Shown: positions 39,802 through 50,100 of the stretch, piece by piece
How positions within the stretch are numbered: position 1 is the first letter of the stretch
Layout of the letters: the number at the start of each line of letters is the position of its first letter
NCBI GenBank assembly: GCA_029775965.1
Contig: JARVJU010000004.1
Coordinates: 26,524 to 90,523, forward strand
From: Nitrososphaeria archaeon
GTDB taxonomy: Archaea > Thermoproteota > Nitrososphaeria > Conexivisphaerales > DTJL01
Length of the DNA: 64,000 bases
Reading direction: 5' to 3'
The notes under the pieces: model-generated
Seen by the model: only the letters and a program-made list of their open reading frames with translations
Databases searched by the model: none
What the model was told of the DNA's origin: nothing
Position numbers and translations under genes: made by a program

Positions 39802-40779
39802 GTGTCAACACAAAGAGCGGAGTATGTTTGGTTTAACGGGAAGATTGTGCCTTGGAATGAGGCAAAGGTACATGTTTTAACTCATGCGTTCAACTATGGT
39901 ACAGCAGCCTTCGAAGGTATAAGAGCTTACCCATACGGCGATGAGCTGTTCGTCTTCAGGCTTGCTGATCATATCAAAAGACTTTTTGAATCGGCAAAGA
40001 TATACGGATTTCAGATAGGCTATACACACCAGCAGATAATTCAGGCATGTATTGACGTGGCTAAAACGAACAACTTTCATGAGAAGATATACATCAGGCC
40101 TCTGGTGTATGTAGCTGGGGTGGGAATAGGCATAGGTTTTACCAACCAGCCTGTAGGGGTTGCTATAGCTGCTGTGCCGTTTGAAAGCTATTTCCCAAAG
40201 AAGGGGGGTGTTGATACCTTAGTTTCAAGCTGGAGGAGAATACCAGAGCAGAGCCTTCCGCCTTCAGCAAAGATAACGGGACATTATGCCAATTCTGTCC
40301 TTGGGAAGATGGATGCTCTGACAAATGGATACAACGAAGCTATAATGCTGGACATAACAGGCAGAGTAAGCGAAGGTACAGGAGAAAATATATTCATAGT
40401 TAAGAATGGCAGGCTTGTGACACCAACCGTTGCTTCAGGAATACTCGAAGGTATAACAAGAAGGACGGTTATGGAGCTTGCTTATGAGCATGGAATAGAG
40501 GTAGTTGAGAGAGATGTAACTCGTTCTGAGTTGTACAATTGCGATGAGGCATTCTTCGCCGGTACGGCAGCAGAAATCACACCAATACTGTCCATCGATA
40601 AAAGGGTAATAGGCTCCGGCTCTCCTGGTCAAATAACGAGGAAGATGATGGACTTATACTCTAAAGCAGTAACTGGTCAGCTGCCAGGGCATAAAGACTG
40701 GTTGACTGCAGTCTACAATACTGTACAAAAGCAAAGGGGAAAGAACGTTCAGGAAACAAGTTTGCCTTCTATAGATTGA
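39802..40779 (+). CDS. ilvE: branched-chain amino acid aminotransferase
   Basis: HAFNYGTAAFEGIRAY, a Lys in the SAKITGHYANS context, EGTGENIF and GITR. GTG start. Confidence 0.9.
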   Translation: MSTQRAEYVWFNGKIVPWNEAKVHVLTHAFNYGTAAFEGIRAYPYGDELFVFRLADHIKRLFESAKIYGFQIGYTHQQIIQACIDVAKTNNFHEKIYIRPLVYVAGVGIGIGFTNQPVGVAIAAVPFESYFPKKGGVDTLVSSWRRIPEQSLPPSAKITGHYANSVLGKMDALTNGYNEAIMLDITGRVSEGTGENIFIVKNGRLVTPTVASGILEGITRRTVMELAYEHGIEVVERDVTRSELYNCDEAFFAGTAAEITPILSIDKRVIGSGSPGQITRKMMDLYSKAVTGQLPGHKDWLTAVYNTVQKQRGKNVQETSLPSID

Positions 40780-41371
40780 TAGACAGTTCAGATGGCCTTA
40801 CATAGCACGTCCTGCATCTGGGTTCATAGAGCTCTTTTCCTCCTATCTGTACCTGCTCGCCAAATGTCTCTTTACCTTTGTAAAGTCTCTGTGTAAAATA
40901 GGCTTCGTCCCCACATCTTGCGCATACAGCGTTTAGGCTCTGCACTTCGTCTGCCCTTGCCAAAAGTTCCATGGCTGAGCCAAACGGTTCTCCCCTATGA
41001 TCCCTGTTCAATAAAGAAACATAAACTATCTTTCCTTTAAAGGCCAGCCTATCCAGCGTTTCTGGAAGACATGAATCCAGTGGCCAGAACTGAGCTTCAT
41101 CAACACCTATAACCTGAGAATCTGCCGAGTCATTCTCTATTTTACTTACACCATCAGAATCTATCGATACGACAGTAGCAGGAAGTTTAATACCTTTGTG
41201 TGTAACAACCTCTCCTTGGCTATACCTGTTATCTATTCTTGGCTTGAAAAGAGATATCTTTCTTCCTGCTATCATATCCCTCTCCAGCAATTCAAGCAGC
41301 CTTGAAGTTTTGCCAGAGAACATAGGACCCATAATCACAAGCAATAATCCTTTTCTTATGTTGGTATGCAT
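40769..41371 (-). CDS. tdk: thymidine kinase
   Basis: P-loop GPMFSGKTS, VIGVDEAQF, and zinc cysteines CARCG...CRTC. Confidence 0.9.
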   Translation of the reverse strand: MHTNIRKGLLLVIMGPMFSGKTSRLLELLERDMIAGRKISLFKPRIDNRYSQGEVVTHKGIKLPATVVSIDSDGVSKIENDSADSQVIGVDEAQFWPLDSCLPETLDRLAFKGKIVYVSLLNRDHRGEPFGSAMELLARADEVQSLNAVCARCGDEAYFTQRLYKGKETFGEQVQIGGKELYEPRCRTCYVRPSELSINL

Positions 41372-41480
41372 CCATATCCTTTTTGCTCTACGTATATAAA
41401 AGCAGTAAAAAGGCTTAAAATATAAGCTAAAAGCTTATTACTGCAATTTTTCAGGCCTATGTATCCTACGTGGTTATAAT

Positions 41481-41879
41481 ATGCCCGAAGTTGCTAGGGC
41501 ACGTCCCCATACTGTTTCAAAGCCAAGAGCTTCAGGCAGAAGGACTGTGAAGAGGCAAAAAGCACCAACTGGCAAAGCAGTTAGGCCTGCTCGTACAACC
41601 AAGAGCACGCTGAAAAGGGTTATGAAAGAAGAAGAGATAAGTCAGGGTGCAATAGGTCCTAACCATCTGACAAGGTTTGAAAAAGCAAGAATTCTTGGAG
41701 CTAGAGCTCTACAGCTAAGTTATGGTGCACCTCCTCTTGTGCCTCTTGATGATTCTGCGAGGGACCCGATATCTATAGCAAAGCTTGAGTTGGAAACCGG
41801 TGCATTGCCCATTTCGATAAGGCGAATCCTGCCTACAGGCGAATATCAGAATATACCTTTGAAGAATCTACTTGGCTGA
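41481..41879 (+). CDS. rpoK: RNA polymerase subunit Rpo6/RpoK with a basic N-terminal extension of about 60 aa
   Basis: The core is LTRFEKARILGARALQLSYGAPPLV...ELETGALPISIRRILP. The upstream 47 codons are K/R-rich and more GC-rich than the surrounding spacers. An alternative start is the internal ATG at 41622. Confidence 0.8.
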   Translation: MPEVARARPHTVSKPRASGRRTVKRQKAPTGKAVRPARTTKSTLKRVMKEEEISQGAIGPNHLTRFEKARILGARALQLSYGAPPLVPLDDSARDPISIAKLELETGALPISIRRILPTGEYQNIPLKNLLG

Positions 41880-41935
41880 AGAGCACGCAACGCTTAAAAC
41901 TCTGCGTAGATTGACAGGCGTCAGCGTGCTGGAAC

Positions 41936-42361
41936 ATGCCAAGGAAGTCAGCAAAGAAGACAAATTCTGAGAAGACAAAAGATCCAAAACCGATTAAAGA
42001 ACAAGCCAAAGAAAATGAAGAAAAGAAGGAAGCGCCCGTGCAACAGCAGAGTGAACCTCAGAAACAGGTTACGGAGGAACAAAGACGAAGTGTTCCACCT
42101 AACCATATTTTCGTAGGCAAGAAGCCTGTTATGGGATATGCACTTTCTGCAGTTATGCAATTAACTCAGTACGACACAGTTGTTCTAAGAGCAAGGGGAA
42201 GGGCTATATCAACAGCTGTAGACGTTGCTCAAGTGGTAATAAGGCGTCTCGGGAATGGCCAGTTCGAATCAAAATCAATAACAATAGGGACAGAGACGAT
42301 AGGAGAGGGCGCTGAAGCCAGAAACGTTTCAACTATAGAGATAGTTATAGGCAAGAAGTAA
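41936..42361 (+). CDS. albA: Alba chromatin/RNA-binding protein with a charged N-terminal extension
   Basis: The core is NHIFVGKKPVMGYALSAV..VVLRARGRAISTAVDVAQ. No in-frame start lies closer than the GTG at 42037, which is 22 codons upstream of the core (20 before its first residue). From ATG 41936 the tail is about 55 aa. Confidence 0.85.
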   Translation: MPRKSAKKTNSEKTKDPKPIKEQAKENEEKKEAPVQQQSEPQKQVTEEQRRSVPPNHIFVGKKPVMGYALSAVMQLTQYDTVVLRARGRAISTAVDVAQVVIRRLGNGQFESKSITIGTETIGEGAEARNVSTIEIVIGKK

Positions 42362-42386
42362 GAATAAAAAACAATCACACAGAAAA

Positions 42387-42396
42387 TTTTCTTTTT
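42387..42396 (+). terminator. oligo-T tract downstream of alba
   Basis: TTTTCTTTTT lies 26 nt after the stop codon. Archaeal terminators are typically T-runs. Confidence 0.35.
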
Positions 42397-42500
42397 GTCA
42401 AACAAATGATGCAATAGCAACAGATGCTATTATTCACTAAAGACTACGGGTAGAGGTTGGAAATTCTTATATGCCTTAATTTAAAAGCTGATACAGCGGA

Positions 42501-43052
42501 ATGTATGAGCTGAGGGAGATAAGCAAGATGAGAAAAGTGCTCGGCTTGACCCAGGTGCAGCTTGCCAAGATGGCTGGGATAAGTCAGTCGCTTCTTGCAA
42601 AAATAGAAGCAGGTAAGGTTGACCCAAGCTATACGAGGGCAAGGAAGATCTTTGCAGCCCTTGATCAGTATTCAAAGAGGCAAGGGAAAAAGGCTGGCGA
42701 TATAATGGTAAAAGACTTGATAACAATAGCTTATGATGCCTCTGTTGAAGATGCTGTTAAAATAATGAATGAAAAGGCAGTAAGTCAGCTACCTGTCATA
42801 AAGAATGGAGATGTTGTAGGAGGAATCACAGATAAGGTTCTTGTAAGCAGAGTGGCATCAGGAAATTCCTTAGATGCTGTGCTGAAAAGAAAGGTGCATG
42901 AGGTTATGCAGGAGCCTTTCCCAACAGTATCAAGGGAAGCTCCTCTAGACCTTGTTGCAAAGGTTCTGAATTACTACAATGCTGTACTTGTCTATGATAA
43001 TGGAAAGCCTGTTGGCATAATCACAAGGACAGACCTGCTAAAAAAGGTGTAA
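42501..43052 (+). CDS. XRE-type HTH plus CBS-pair domain protein
   Basis: LTQVQLAKMAGISQSLLAKIEAG is the HTH, followed by two CBS motifs (VSQLPV..G.VVGGIT and GKPVGIITRTDLL). Confidence 0.8.
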   Translation: MYELREISKMRKVLGLTQVQLAKMAGISQSLLAKIEAGKVDPSYTRARKIFAALDQYSKRQGKKAGDIMVKDLITIAYDASVEDAVKIMNEKAVSQLPVIKNGDVVGGITDKVLVSRVASGNSLDAVLKRKVHEVMQEPFPTVSREAPLDLVAKVLNYYNAVLVYDNGKPVGIITRTDLLKKV

Positions 43053-43057
43053 ATCCT

Positions 43058-44263
43058 ATGTTTACAAAGGTAACAATTCAAAAAAGTAATGTAATTCCTG
43101 TTGCTGAAGGACCGGCAGAGTTTGTGGAAAGAAAAGGTGTAGGACATCCCGATACAATATGCGATAGAGCATCGGAGGAGCTCAGTATAGCACTGTCAGA
43201 ATACTACCTTGAAAATTATGGGAATATACTGCATCATAATGTGGATAAATGCGTTCTTGCTGGAGGGCAGGCCAAGGTTTACTTTGGCGGAGGAGAGATT
43301 ATAGAGCCAATATACCTCTTGCTGGTAGGCAGAGCAGCTGTTCGTTTTGGCACTAATACATCAAAGCAGGTGCCTGTGGGTTCTCTGGCAGCTGGCAGGA
43401 CAAGGCAGTGGATGGCTAGAGAATTCAAGGAGCTGAACATAGACTCTGACATAATAATAGACTACAGGATCAAGCCAGGCAGTAATGACCTTGTAACGAA
43501 CTACAACAGCAAGGATGATGTACCAAGGGCTAATGACACAAGCTTCGCAGTAGCTTTTGCGCCTTTGACAGAGACAGAAAATCTTGTTTACCAGACAGAA
43601 AGGTACCTTAACTCCACCCAGTTCAAGGAAAGGTACCCAGCCGTCGGGCCAGATATTAAGGTGATGGGGTTGAGAGTTGATAAGAGTATAAGACTTACAG
43701 TAGCAGCAGCGATAATTTCAAAGTATGTAAAAGATGCAAATGAGTACATGCAACTGAAGAATGAAATAACGGAGAGGGTTCTGGACAGAGCTTCAAAGAT
43801 AACAAGCAAGGACGTTGAAGTACATATAAATGCAGCAGACGATCCAAAACACGACTCTTACTATATTACTGTTACAGGGCTCAGCGCGGAGCATGGAGAT
43901 GATGGGCAAGTTGGCAGAGGTAATAGGGCTAATGGGCTAATAACTCCCTTCAGACCGATGACCCTAGAGGCAACAGCAGGTAAGAATCCAACCTCCCATG
44001 TAGGCAAGATATACAACGTTGCATGCCAGCTGATCGTGTCAAGAGTAGTAGAAGAGCTACCAGCGATAAAGCAGGTTCATTGCTATATGCTGAGCCAGAT
44101 AGGTAGACCAATAAACGAGCCACAGAGCACACACGTTGAGGCTATAGGCGATTTTTCAGAGGATAGACTATCTCGAGTTGCAACACCTATAGTAGAGCAG
44201 ACACTAAAAGAGATACCAGAACTCTGGAGAGGCTTAATCACAAGAAAATACTCTTTGTTCTGA
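43058..44263 (+). CDS. metK: S-adenosylmethionine synthetase, archaeal type
   Basis: [39 protein letters not shown] and [13 protein letters not shown]. Confidence 0.9.
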   Translation: MFTKVTIQKSNVIPVAEGPAEFVERKGVGHPDTICDRASEELSIALSEYYLENYGNILHHNVDKCVLAGGQAKVYFGGGEIIEPIYLLLVGRAAVRFGTNTSKQVPVGSLAAGRTRQWMAREFKELNIDSDIIIDYRIKPGSNDLVTNYNSKDDVPRANDTSFAVAFAPLTETENLVYQTERYLNSTQFKERYPAVGPDIKVMGLRVDKSIRLTVAAAIISKYVKDANEYMQLKNEITERVLDRASKITSKDVEVHINAADDPKHDSYYITVTGLSAEHGDDGQVGRGNRANGLITPFRPMTLEATAGKNPTSHVGKIYNVACQLIVSRVVEELPAIKQVHCYMLSQIGRPINEPQSTHVEAIGDFSEDRLSRVATPIVEQTLKEIPELWRGLITRKYSLF

Positions 44264-44280
44264 GTGGAGAATTCAAACAG

Positions 44281-45177
44281 ATGAATATTTTGCTACAGGA
44301 TGTTGCGAGCAAGAAAAAACACCCTATAATAGCCGAACTGCCTGGCTCAGGTAGTGTTGAAGCGCAAAATGAAGTGAACTTTGCCAAGGAAGGAGAGAAT
44401 GTTTATGATGCCGTTCTTGCAACAGATATACCTACAGGTAGAATAAGGGTAGACTCGCTTATAGTCTGTCAGCATATCATACAGCAGACAAGCCTAGATG
44501 TTGTAGCAGCGATAAGCACAAGGCACAGGAGCATGGAAGCGAGCATAGCAAAGCTGCTGGGCCTTTGGTCTATAGGTGTAAGAAGCGTTTATGCCGTCAT
44601 GGGTGATTCTACACCGAGCTCTTCACCAAGCAATGCGAAATACCAGATAACGGGCGCAACATCACTGCTCGAAGCGATAGCTTCGCTGAGGAGAGGGTTT
44701 CTGAGGATAAACGGAAGGTTGTACAGGTTTGCCCAGCCCTTTAATTTTTTCGCAGGAGGAGCTTTAGTTCCTTCGCGACAAGGAGAAGTGGAGCTTACTC
44801 GGCAGAAGTTAGCTTTGGGGGCAAGTTTTTTTATAACTCAAGCCCTCTTTGAGGCAGAAAGCCTATTCTCTTTTATCGATAGGCTGAGGAGCGAGGGTGT
44901 AAAGATGGAAAAGCCTATCTTTGTCACACTTCCTATAGTCCACAAACTGTCTTCGCTTGAGAGGATGGCCAAAATGCCTGGCGTGTATATGCCTGATGGT
45001 ATAGTAAACTCCTTTAAGTCTGCTCAAGACCTGGAAAGCTTCTCTGTGAAGAGGAACGTTGAATTGTTCAGAGAAGTGTCAGAATCCTTAAAGAATATAA
45101 GGATAGGCGCCTACATACTACCACTGCCGGGAAGCAATAGCTCAGTTGAAATGGCAAAATCAATTCTTCATATATAA
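44281..45177 (+). CDS. methylenetetrahydrofolate reductase-like protein
   Basis: AVMGDS (LtGD-like), then KLALGASFFITQALFEAESLFSFIDRLRSEGV...PIFVTLPIV, collinear with the MetF C-terminal half. FAD-binding residues were not assessed. Confidence 0.55.
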   Translation: MNILLQDVASKKKHPIIAELPGSGSVEAQNEVNFAKEGENVYDAVLATDIPTGRIRVDSLIVCQHIIQQTSLDVVAAISTRHRSMEASIAKLLGLWSIGVRSVYAVMGDSTPSSSPSNAKYQITGATSLLEAIASLRRGFLRINGRLYRFAQPFNFFAGGALVPSRQGEVELTRQKLALGASFFITQALFEAESLFSFIDRLRSEGVKMEKPIFVTLPIVHKLSSLERMAKMPGVYMPDGIVNSFKSAQDLESFSVKRNVELFREVSESLKNIRIGAYILPLPGSNSSVEMAKSILHI

Positions 45178-45214
45178 TGTAAGACTTTTAGATGAGTTCT
45201 TCTTTACCTTAGGT

Positions 45215-45598
45215 ATGAAGTATAGACTGCTTGATGTTCTTGCATGTCCAATAGACAAGGCCTTTCCCCTTGAGTTGCATGTTCTTGATGAGCAGAGAGG
45301 TGAGAATGTAAAGAGAGAAAAGGTAGCATGCGAGCTCTACTGCTCTTATAAGAAGACTATGCTACAGAATCCAGGGGAAGAATGGGTAAAATACTGTCAG
45401 GAATGCCTTGGCATAGATGTTAGAGAAGCAGTTCTGCTTTGCAGCAGATGCGGAAGGTGGTATCCTGTAATGGACTCCATACCAAGAATGTTACCTGATG
45501 AACTTCGCTCCAAAAAAGATGACGAATTCTTTCTGCAGAAATATAAAGACAAGCTGGATAAAAGAGTTATAGACAAAGGAGTAATAGGAAGAGCCTAA
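45215..45598 (+). CDS. Trm112-like zinc-ribbon protein with an internal Cys-rich insertion
   Basis: LLDVLACPIDK...LLCSRCGRWYPVMDSIPRMLPDE matches the Trm112/DUF343 ends. An insertion of about 55 aa carries CELYC and CQEC. Trimmed to ATG 45215. Confidence 0.6.
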   Translation: MKYRLLDVLACPIDKAFPLELHVLDEQRGENVKREKVACELYCSYKKTMLQNPGEEWVKYCQECLGIDVREAVLLCSRCGRWYPVMDSIPRMLPDELRSKKDDEFFLQKYKDKLDKRVIDKGVIGRA

Positions 45599-45627
45599 AT
45601 AGACAGCTTTTCCTCCTCCTTGATACC

Positions 45628-46455
45628 TCATTCATTGAAGGCTTCAGATAATATTCTTAGCATCTTTTCGTTCGCAGCAGCTATGTACCCAAACTTATCT
45701 TTTGTCGTTAACCTTATGTCCTCAAGCCTTTCCCAGCCAATATTCACATATCCCCTTGCTTCTTTCAGAAGAAACAATGAAGGTAAGCAGTCAAACGTTC
45801 TAAGTTTTGCTTCAACCGCCACATAGGCATCCAATCTACCTGTTGCCACGTATGCCGTTTCCAAAGCAGCAGTACTCAAAATCCTTGGATACTTGGTAGA
45901 AGACACCAATGAAAATACTCTTTCCTTGGTTTTCTCTGGGAGTATGTACAGCTTTGAATCAAAGGCTACAACAGCGTCCTGCAGATTGGCTACCTTGCTT
46001 GGCTTTGCTGCCCTCCAGTCTTCATATACAGCCTCTCTACTCCCCCAGATGATCCTGCCAGTAACATGATCTATCACGCCTGCAACCTTTATTCTATCGA
46101 ATCTGTCGTCCTCTGCGACAGCAATAGCTGTTGCGTACACAGAAATATCTCTTCGTGCATTGGTACTTCCATCAACAGGGTCCACTAGGATGTATGGAGA
46201 ATCCCCATTTATCACGCCTCTCTCTTCTGTTATAATGACTGGTTTCTTGTAGTATCTGTAAGCCTGTTCTATTACTGCATCCTCTGCATCCTTGTCTATC
46301 TGGAATGTCTCATCACCATAGTACCCTCTACCAAGAGAGACGTTTGTATCTCCTTTTCTCCTGCTGCCCATAACAGCTCTCCGAGCTGACATAAGGGCGT
46401 CATGCAAAAATTCCAGATACTCTGTCAGACTCTGCAAGTTTCCCCCACTTAGCAA
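45628..46455 (-). CDS. suhB: inositol monophosphatase / fructose-1,6-bisphosphatase family protein
   Basis: ITEERG, LVDPVDGSTNA and a C-terminal WD-like block. TTG start. Confidence 0.8.
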   Translation of the reverse strand: MLSGGNLQSLTEYLEFLHDALMSARRAVMGSRRKGDTNVSLGRGYYGDETFQIDKDAEDAVIEQAYRYYKKPVIITEERGVINGDSPYILVDPVDGSTNARRDISVYATAIAVAEDDRFDRIKVAGVIDHVTGRIIWGSREAVYEDWRAAKPSKVANLQDAVVAFDSKLYILPEKTKERVFSLVSSTKYPRILSTAALETAYVATGRLDAYVAVEAKLRTFDCLPSLFLLKEARGYVNIGWERLEDIRLTTKDKFGYIAAANEKMLRILSEAFNE

Positions 46456-46560
46456 ACATACATGCTGTTATAAGACATATTGTGTCTGACATCTTTAACT
46501 GATCTACTTAAAGTAAATCTCTTGTAACTTATCTCATTTATCTTGTAAGCCGTTTTAAGA

Positions 46561-49500
46561 TCAGATATAGAGGTAGATCTTTTTACCATCTAATTCAGAT
46601 TCAAACCATTCACCATCATCAGGTTTCTCTTTGTATATATCTAGAGACTTAACTCTTACAAGATACATCAGTCTGTCTTTGTTCTTGAGAAGTGCTGCAT
46701 AGGTTTCCTCATCTACTTGTGCAACCTTTGCCTTTTCAAGAATCTCTGTTGGCTTATATCCTTTATCCTTCCTCAATGCCTGAAGCCTTCTTGCAACGTC
46801 TCTAATAACCCCCTCTGCAGCAAGTTCAGCATCTCTCTTTGTATGTATAATAGCAATGACTCCCTTTTCCTCTGCTACCTCGTAGTCTTTATCTGCATGG
46901 AACGAAAATGTAAGGTCTTCCTGACTCAGCGTGTACTCTCTACCCTCAACAGTCAGTGCAAAAGACCTTTTTTCTATTATCTTTCTGTACAGTTCTTTGC
47001 TTAGTTTATTTATCAGATCGATTACATCTTTTGAATACCTGCCAACCTTATGCATCCCCTGTGGAGAGAGCCTTACCTCTATATGCAGAGGAAGCTTCGA
47101 AAGATCAACTTCTCTGATGACATCTCTGACGTTAACAAGCCCAGCTATCATTGAGAGATATTCCTCAGATAGGTCTAATCCATATAAAATCGCCTTCGGT
47201 AAAGGCCACCTTCTTTTGATTCTAGATTTCATTCTAGTGGCATTTATGAGAGATACAGCCACCCAGACTTTATCGAATGCAAACTCAAGATGCTTATCAA
47301 TCGCAGATTGATCAGCATTTGGATACTGCATGAGGATTAATGGCTCTTTGGAATAGAATACACACTTATGCAGATATTCAGTTATGAAAGGGGTAAGAGG
47401 GTGGAGGAGTCTATCGATGCTCTCAAGTGAATGTGCAAGCACAGTATAAATTGCAAATCTCCTTGGCTTTCCTTCTTCAGAATCATCCCAGAGTGAGTTC
47501 CTAGTCATAGGAATATACTGCTGGCTTAAGGTTTCTATTATGAATTGCTCAAGCAGCCTTGTGGCTTCGTGATATCTCCTTTGTATCATGCTTGTCTGTA
47601 TGCTTGTCACAAGACTGTTCAGCTTTGATAGGACCCAAAGGTCTTCTTTATGCAGCTCCAGCCTCCTTGACTTATCCTTTAACTCCTTTATCCATTTACT
47701 GGAATAAGTGTATGAATCATAAGAAGAGTTTGTTTTATAATAAAGATGGAGATTATACAGCGTATTCAAGACCTGAAATGGCCTCTTGTACATTTCTTTC
47801 TGGTCAAAGCTCAATGCATCTATCGGACTTGCCTTCCAAAGAAGGTAGAATCTAACGAGGTCTGTCGAGTTGCTAGAGAGTAGATCAAGCCAATCTACAG
47901 TGTTACCTTTGCTCTTACTCATCTTCTCCCCTTTTTCATCTAGGACAAGTCCCTGAAAGAGGAAAGATTGGTAAGGTGCCTGTGGTGCATCCTTTTTTAT
48001 GACATTCTCCACTAGGAGTGTGTATGCCCAGCCCCTAGTCTGGTCTATTCCTTCTGTTAGGTATGGCACAGGTATAAGCCTACTATACTGATCCTCCCCC
48101 ATGGATGCATAAGGTGCTGCACCACTATTATGCCATGTGTCTAGCACAAAAGGTTCCCTAAAGGACTCTCCTCCGCATTTCGGACATCTTATAACTACTC
48201 TATCTATCCAAGGCCTGTGCAGTTCAAAATTCTCACCGTCAGGTAGTTTTACAGCATTCTTTACAATTTCTTTTCTGCTCCATAAGAATGTTTTATTTCT
48301 GCATCTACTGCAGACCCATACAGGCAAAGGAGCGCCCCAGACCCTTTCCCTTGAAATATTCCATGGTCTGGCTTCCTTTATTATACCGAGGAACCTGTTT
48401 TTGGGTTGCTCGTAAAAATATTCCACACCTTCTGCTGCTCTTATTGCAACATCTGTAATCCTATCAACCCAGTAAAAGTATTCCCTCCTGAGCAGGTAAA
48501 CAAGCTTATGCCCGGAGCGCCAGCATAATGGATACTCATGGCGAATCTTACCGTTAAAAACTAGTAGTCCCTTTTTTCTTAATATTTCTATAACCTTTTC
48601 GTCAGCATCCCTTGCAAAAAGACCGTTGAAGGTGCCTGCCTCTGCTGTGAAGTACACCCTATCATCAAAAGGACTAAAGACAGGTAAAGACCTTTTATTT
48701 GCAACTTCATAATCCTCCTCACCATTAGCTGGAGATAGATGCACTATCCCTGATCCGGTGGTCGGGTCTACGAAATCCTCAGCCACAACCTGATGCACCT
48801 TTCCACCCTTGTACAATTCCATTTGGCCAGTTACTTCCTCAAGTAGAGGAGGTACGTACTTCCATCCCTGCATTTCCTTTCCTTTTATTATGTTCTCAAC
48901 TTTCCAATCCTTTATCCTCGCTTCGTTAAGCACAGCATCAAGTCTCGTGTTGCCCATAATCCATTTTTCATTTCCCACTTTGACTATAGCATACCTCTCC
49001 TCAGGATTAACAGCCACAAGCTCATCCGTTATCACAGTAAAAGGCATTGTTGTCCATACTATAAGAAACTCCTCCCTACCTTCCAGCTTGGCTTTATAAT
49101 ACAGCGATGGATCGTCAACCATATCATACCCTAGGCCAACTTCTGCATGGCTCAAAGAAGTCTGACAGCTAGGGCAGTACGGGACTACCTTGTAGCCTTC
49201 TCCGAGCAGACCTTTCTCGTATGCAGCCTTCAGGTACTGCCACTCTCTTTCTATGTAGTCATCCCTGTATGTCCAATATGCATGTTCATCATCCATCTGC
49301 AAACCCAATAGTCTGTCAGCTTTCAGCCACAACTCATGGTACTTTTGTATTAATTTCTTGCACTCTTCAACAAGCCTTTCCTCCCCAACCTGTTTCAGAT
49401 TTTCGTATTTGCTTCCCTTCAGTCCAAGCTCCTTTTCGGCTTCCAACTCCACAGGCAGGCCTTGGGTATCCCATCCCCCTCTGAACAGAACCTTGCTCCC

Positions 49501-49746
49501 GGTCATCGTTTCATGCCTATGCCATAAGTCTTTAAGCAGTCTTCCCCTTAGATGCCCGATATGTGGCCTTCCGTTAAGAGTAGGCGGTCCCTCCACAAAG
49601 CCTACTATATTTTTAGAATCCATATTCCTAAGTCTATCTTTAATGTTTATTCTCTCCCAGTACTGCCTAACGTACTCTTCAATCTTCATCGGTTCATACT
49701 TGTCCTCTAGAGCAGCCGACCACACAGCTACGTCAGACTTCGCCAT
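46561..49746 (-). CDS. ileS: isoleucyl-tRNA synthetase
   Basis: PPTLNGRPHIGH is the HIGH motif and KMSKSKGN is the KMSKS motif. Zinc motifs CPSCQT and CSRC..CPKCG. 1061 aa. Confidence 0.95.
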   Translation of the reverse strand: MAKSDVAVWSAALEDKYEPMKIEEYVRQYWERINIKDRLRNMDSKNIVGFVEGPPTLNGRPHIGHLRGRLLKDLWHRHETMTGSKVLFRGGWDTQGLPVELEAEKELGLKGSKYENLKQVGEERLVEECKKLIQKYHELWLKADRLLGLQMDDEHAYWTYRDDYIEREWQYLKAAYEKGLLGEGYKVVPYCPSCQTSLSHAEVGLGYDMVDDPSLYYKAKLEGREEFLIVWTTMPFTVITDELVAVNPEERYAIVKVGNEKWIMGNTRLDAVLNEARIKDWKVENIIKGKEMQGWKYVPPLLEEVTGQMELYKGGKVHQVVAEDFVDPTTGSGIVHLSPANGEEDYEVANKRSLPVFSPFDDRVYFTAEAGTFNGLFARDADEKVIEILRKKGLLVFNGKIRHEYPLCWRSGHKLVYLLRREYFYWVDRITDVAIRAAEGVEYFYEQPKNRFLGIIKEARPWNISRERVWGAPLPVWVCSRCRNKTFLWSRKEIVKNAVKLPDGENFELHRPWIDRVVIRCPKCGGESFREPFVLDTWHNSGAAPYASMGEDQYSRLIPVPYLTEGIDQTRGWAYTLLVENVIKKDAPQAPYQSFLFQGLVLDEKGEKMSKSKGNTVDWLDLLSSNSTDLVRFYLLWKASPIDALSFDQKEMYKRPFQVLNTLYNLHLYYKTNSSYDSYTYSSKWIKELKDKSRRLELHKEDLWVLSKLNSLVTSIQTSMIQRRYHEATRLLEQFIIETLSQQYIPMTRNSLWDDSEEGKPRRFAIYTVLAHSLESIDRLLHPLTPFITEYLHKCVFYSKEPLILMQYPNADQSAIDKHLEFAFDKVWVAVSLINATRMKSRIKRRWPLPKAILYGLDLSEEYLSMIAGLVNVRDVIREVDLSKLPLHIEVRLSPQGMHKVGRYSKDVIDLINKLSKELYRKIIEKRSFALTVEGREYTLSQEDLTFSFHADKDYEVAEEKGVIAIIHTKRDAELAAEGVIRDVARRLQALRKDKGYKPTEILEKAKVAQVDEETYAALLKNKDRLMYLVRVKSLDIYKEKPDDGEWFESELDGKKIYLYI

Positions 49747-50100
49747 TTACAGCTCCTATTACAGGCATCCCTTTTGTAATATATTATAAGCATTCTTATT
49801 TGTTGTTTGATGCTGCTATGATAAGCCATTGCTGAGCACTAGCTTTAAAGAGCTATGAACACTTTAGGACAGACTTCCTAGGCAGGTAAAGCATCATAAA
49901 CCTGCTGTATTATAGACATGCAAAGCAAAGAAGAACACCAAGAAACTTCCTCTTCAAAGGCACCGTATTTTACTTTACATTGTCTGCAAGCATATCAAAT
50001 CCTGAAATACAGTTGAGCTGACTCCAACCATAAGGCAGAGAAGAAGAATTCTGGAGCAACAATACAAAACTTATCGTAGCATAAATCATCATTCCTTACA

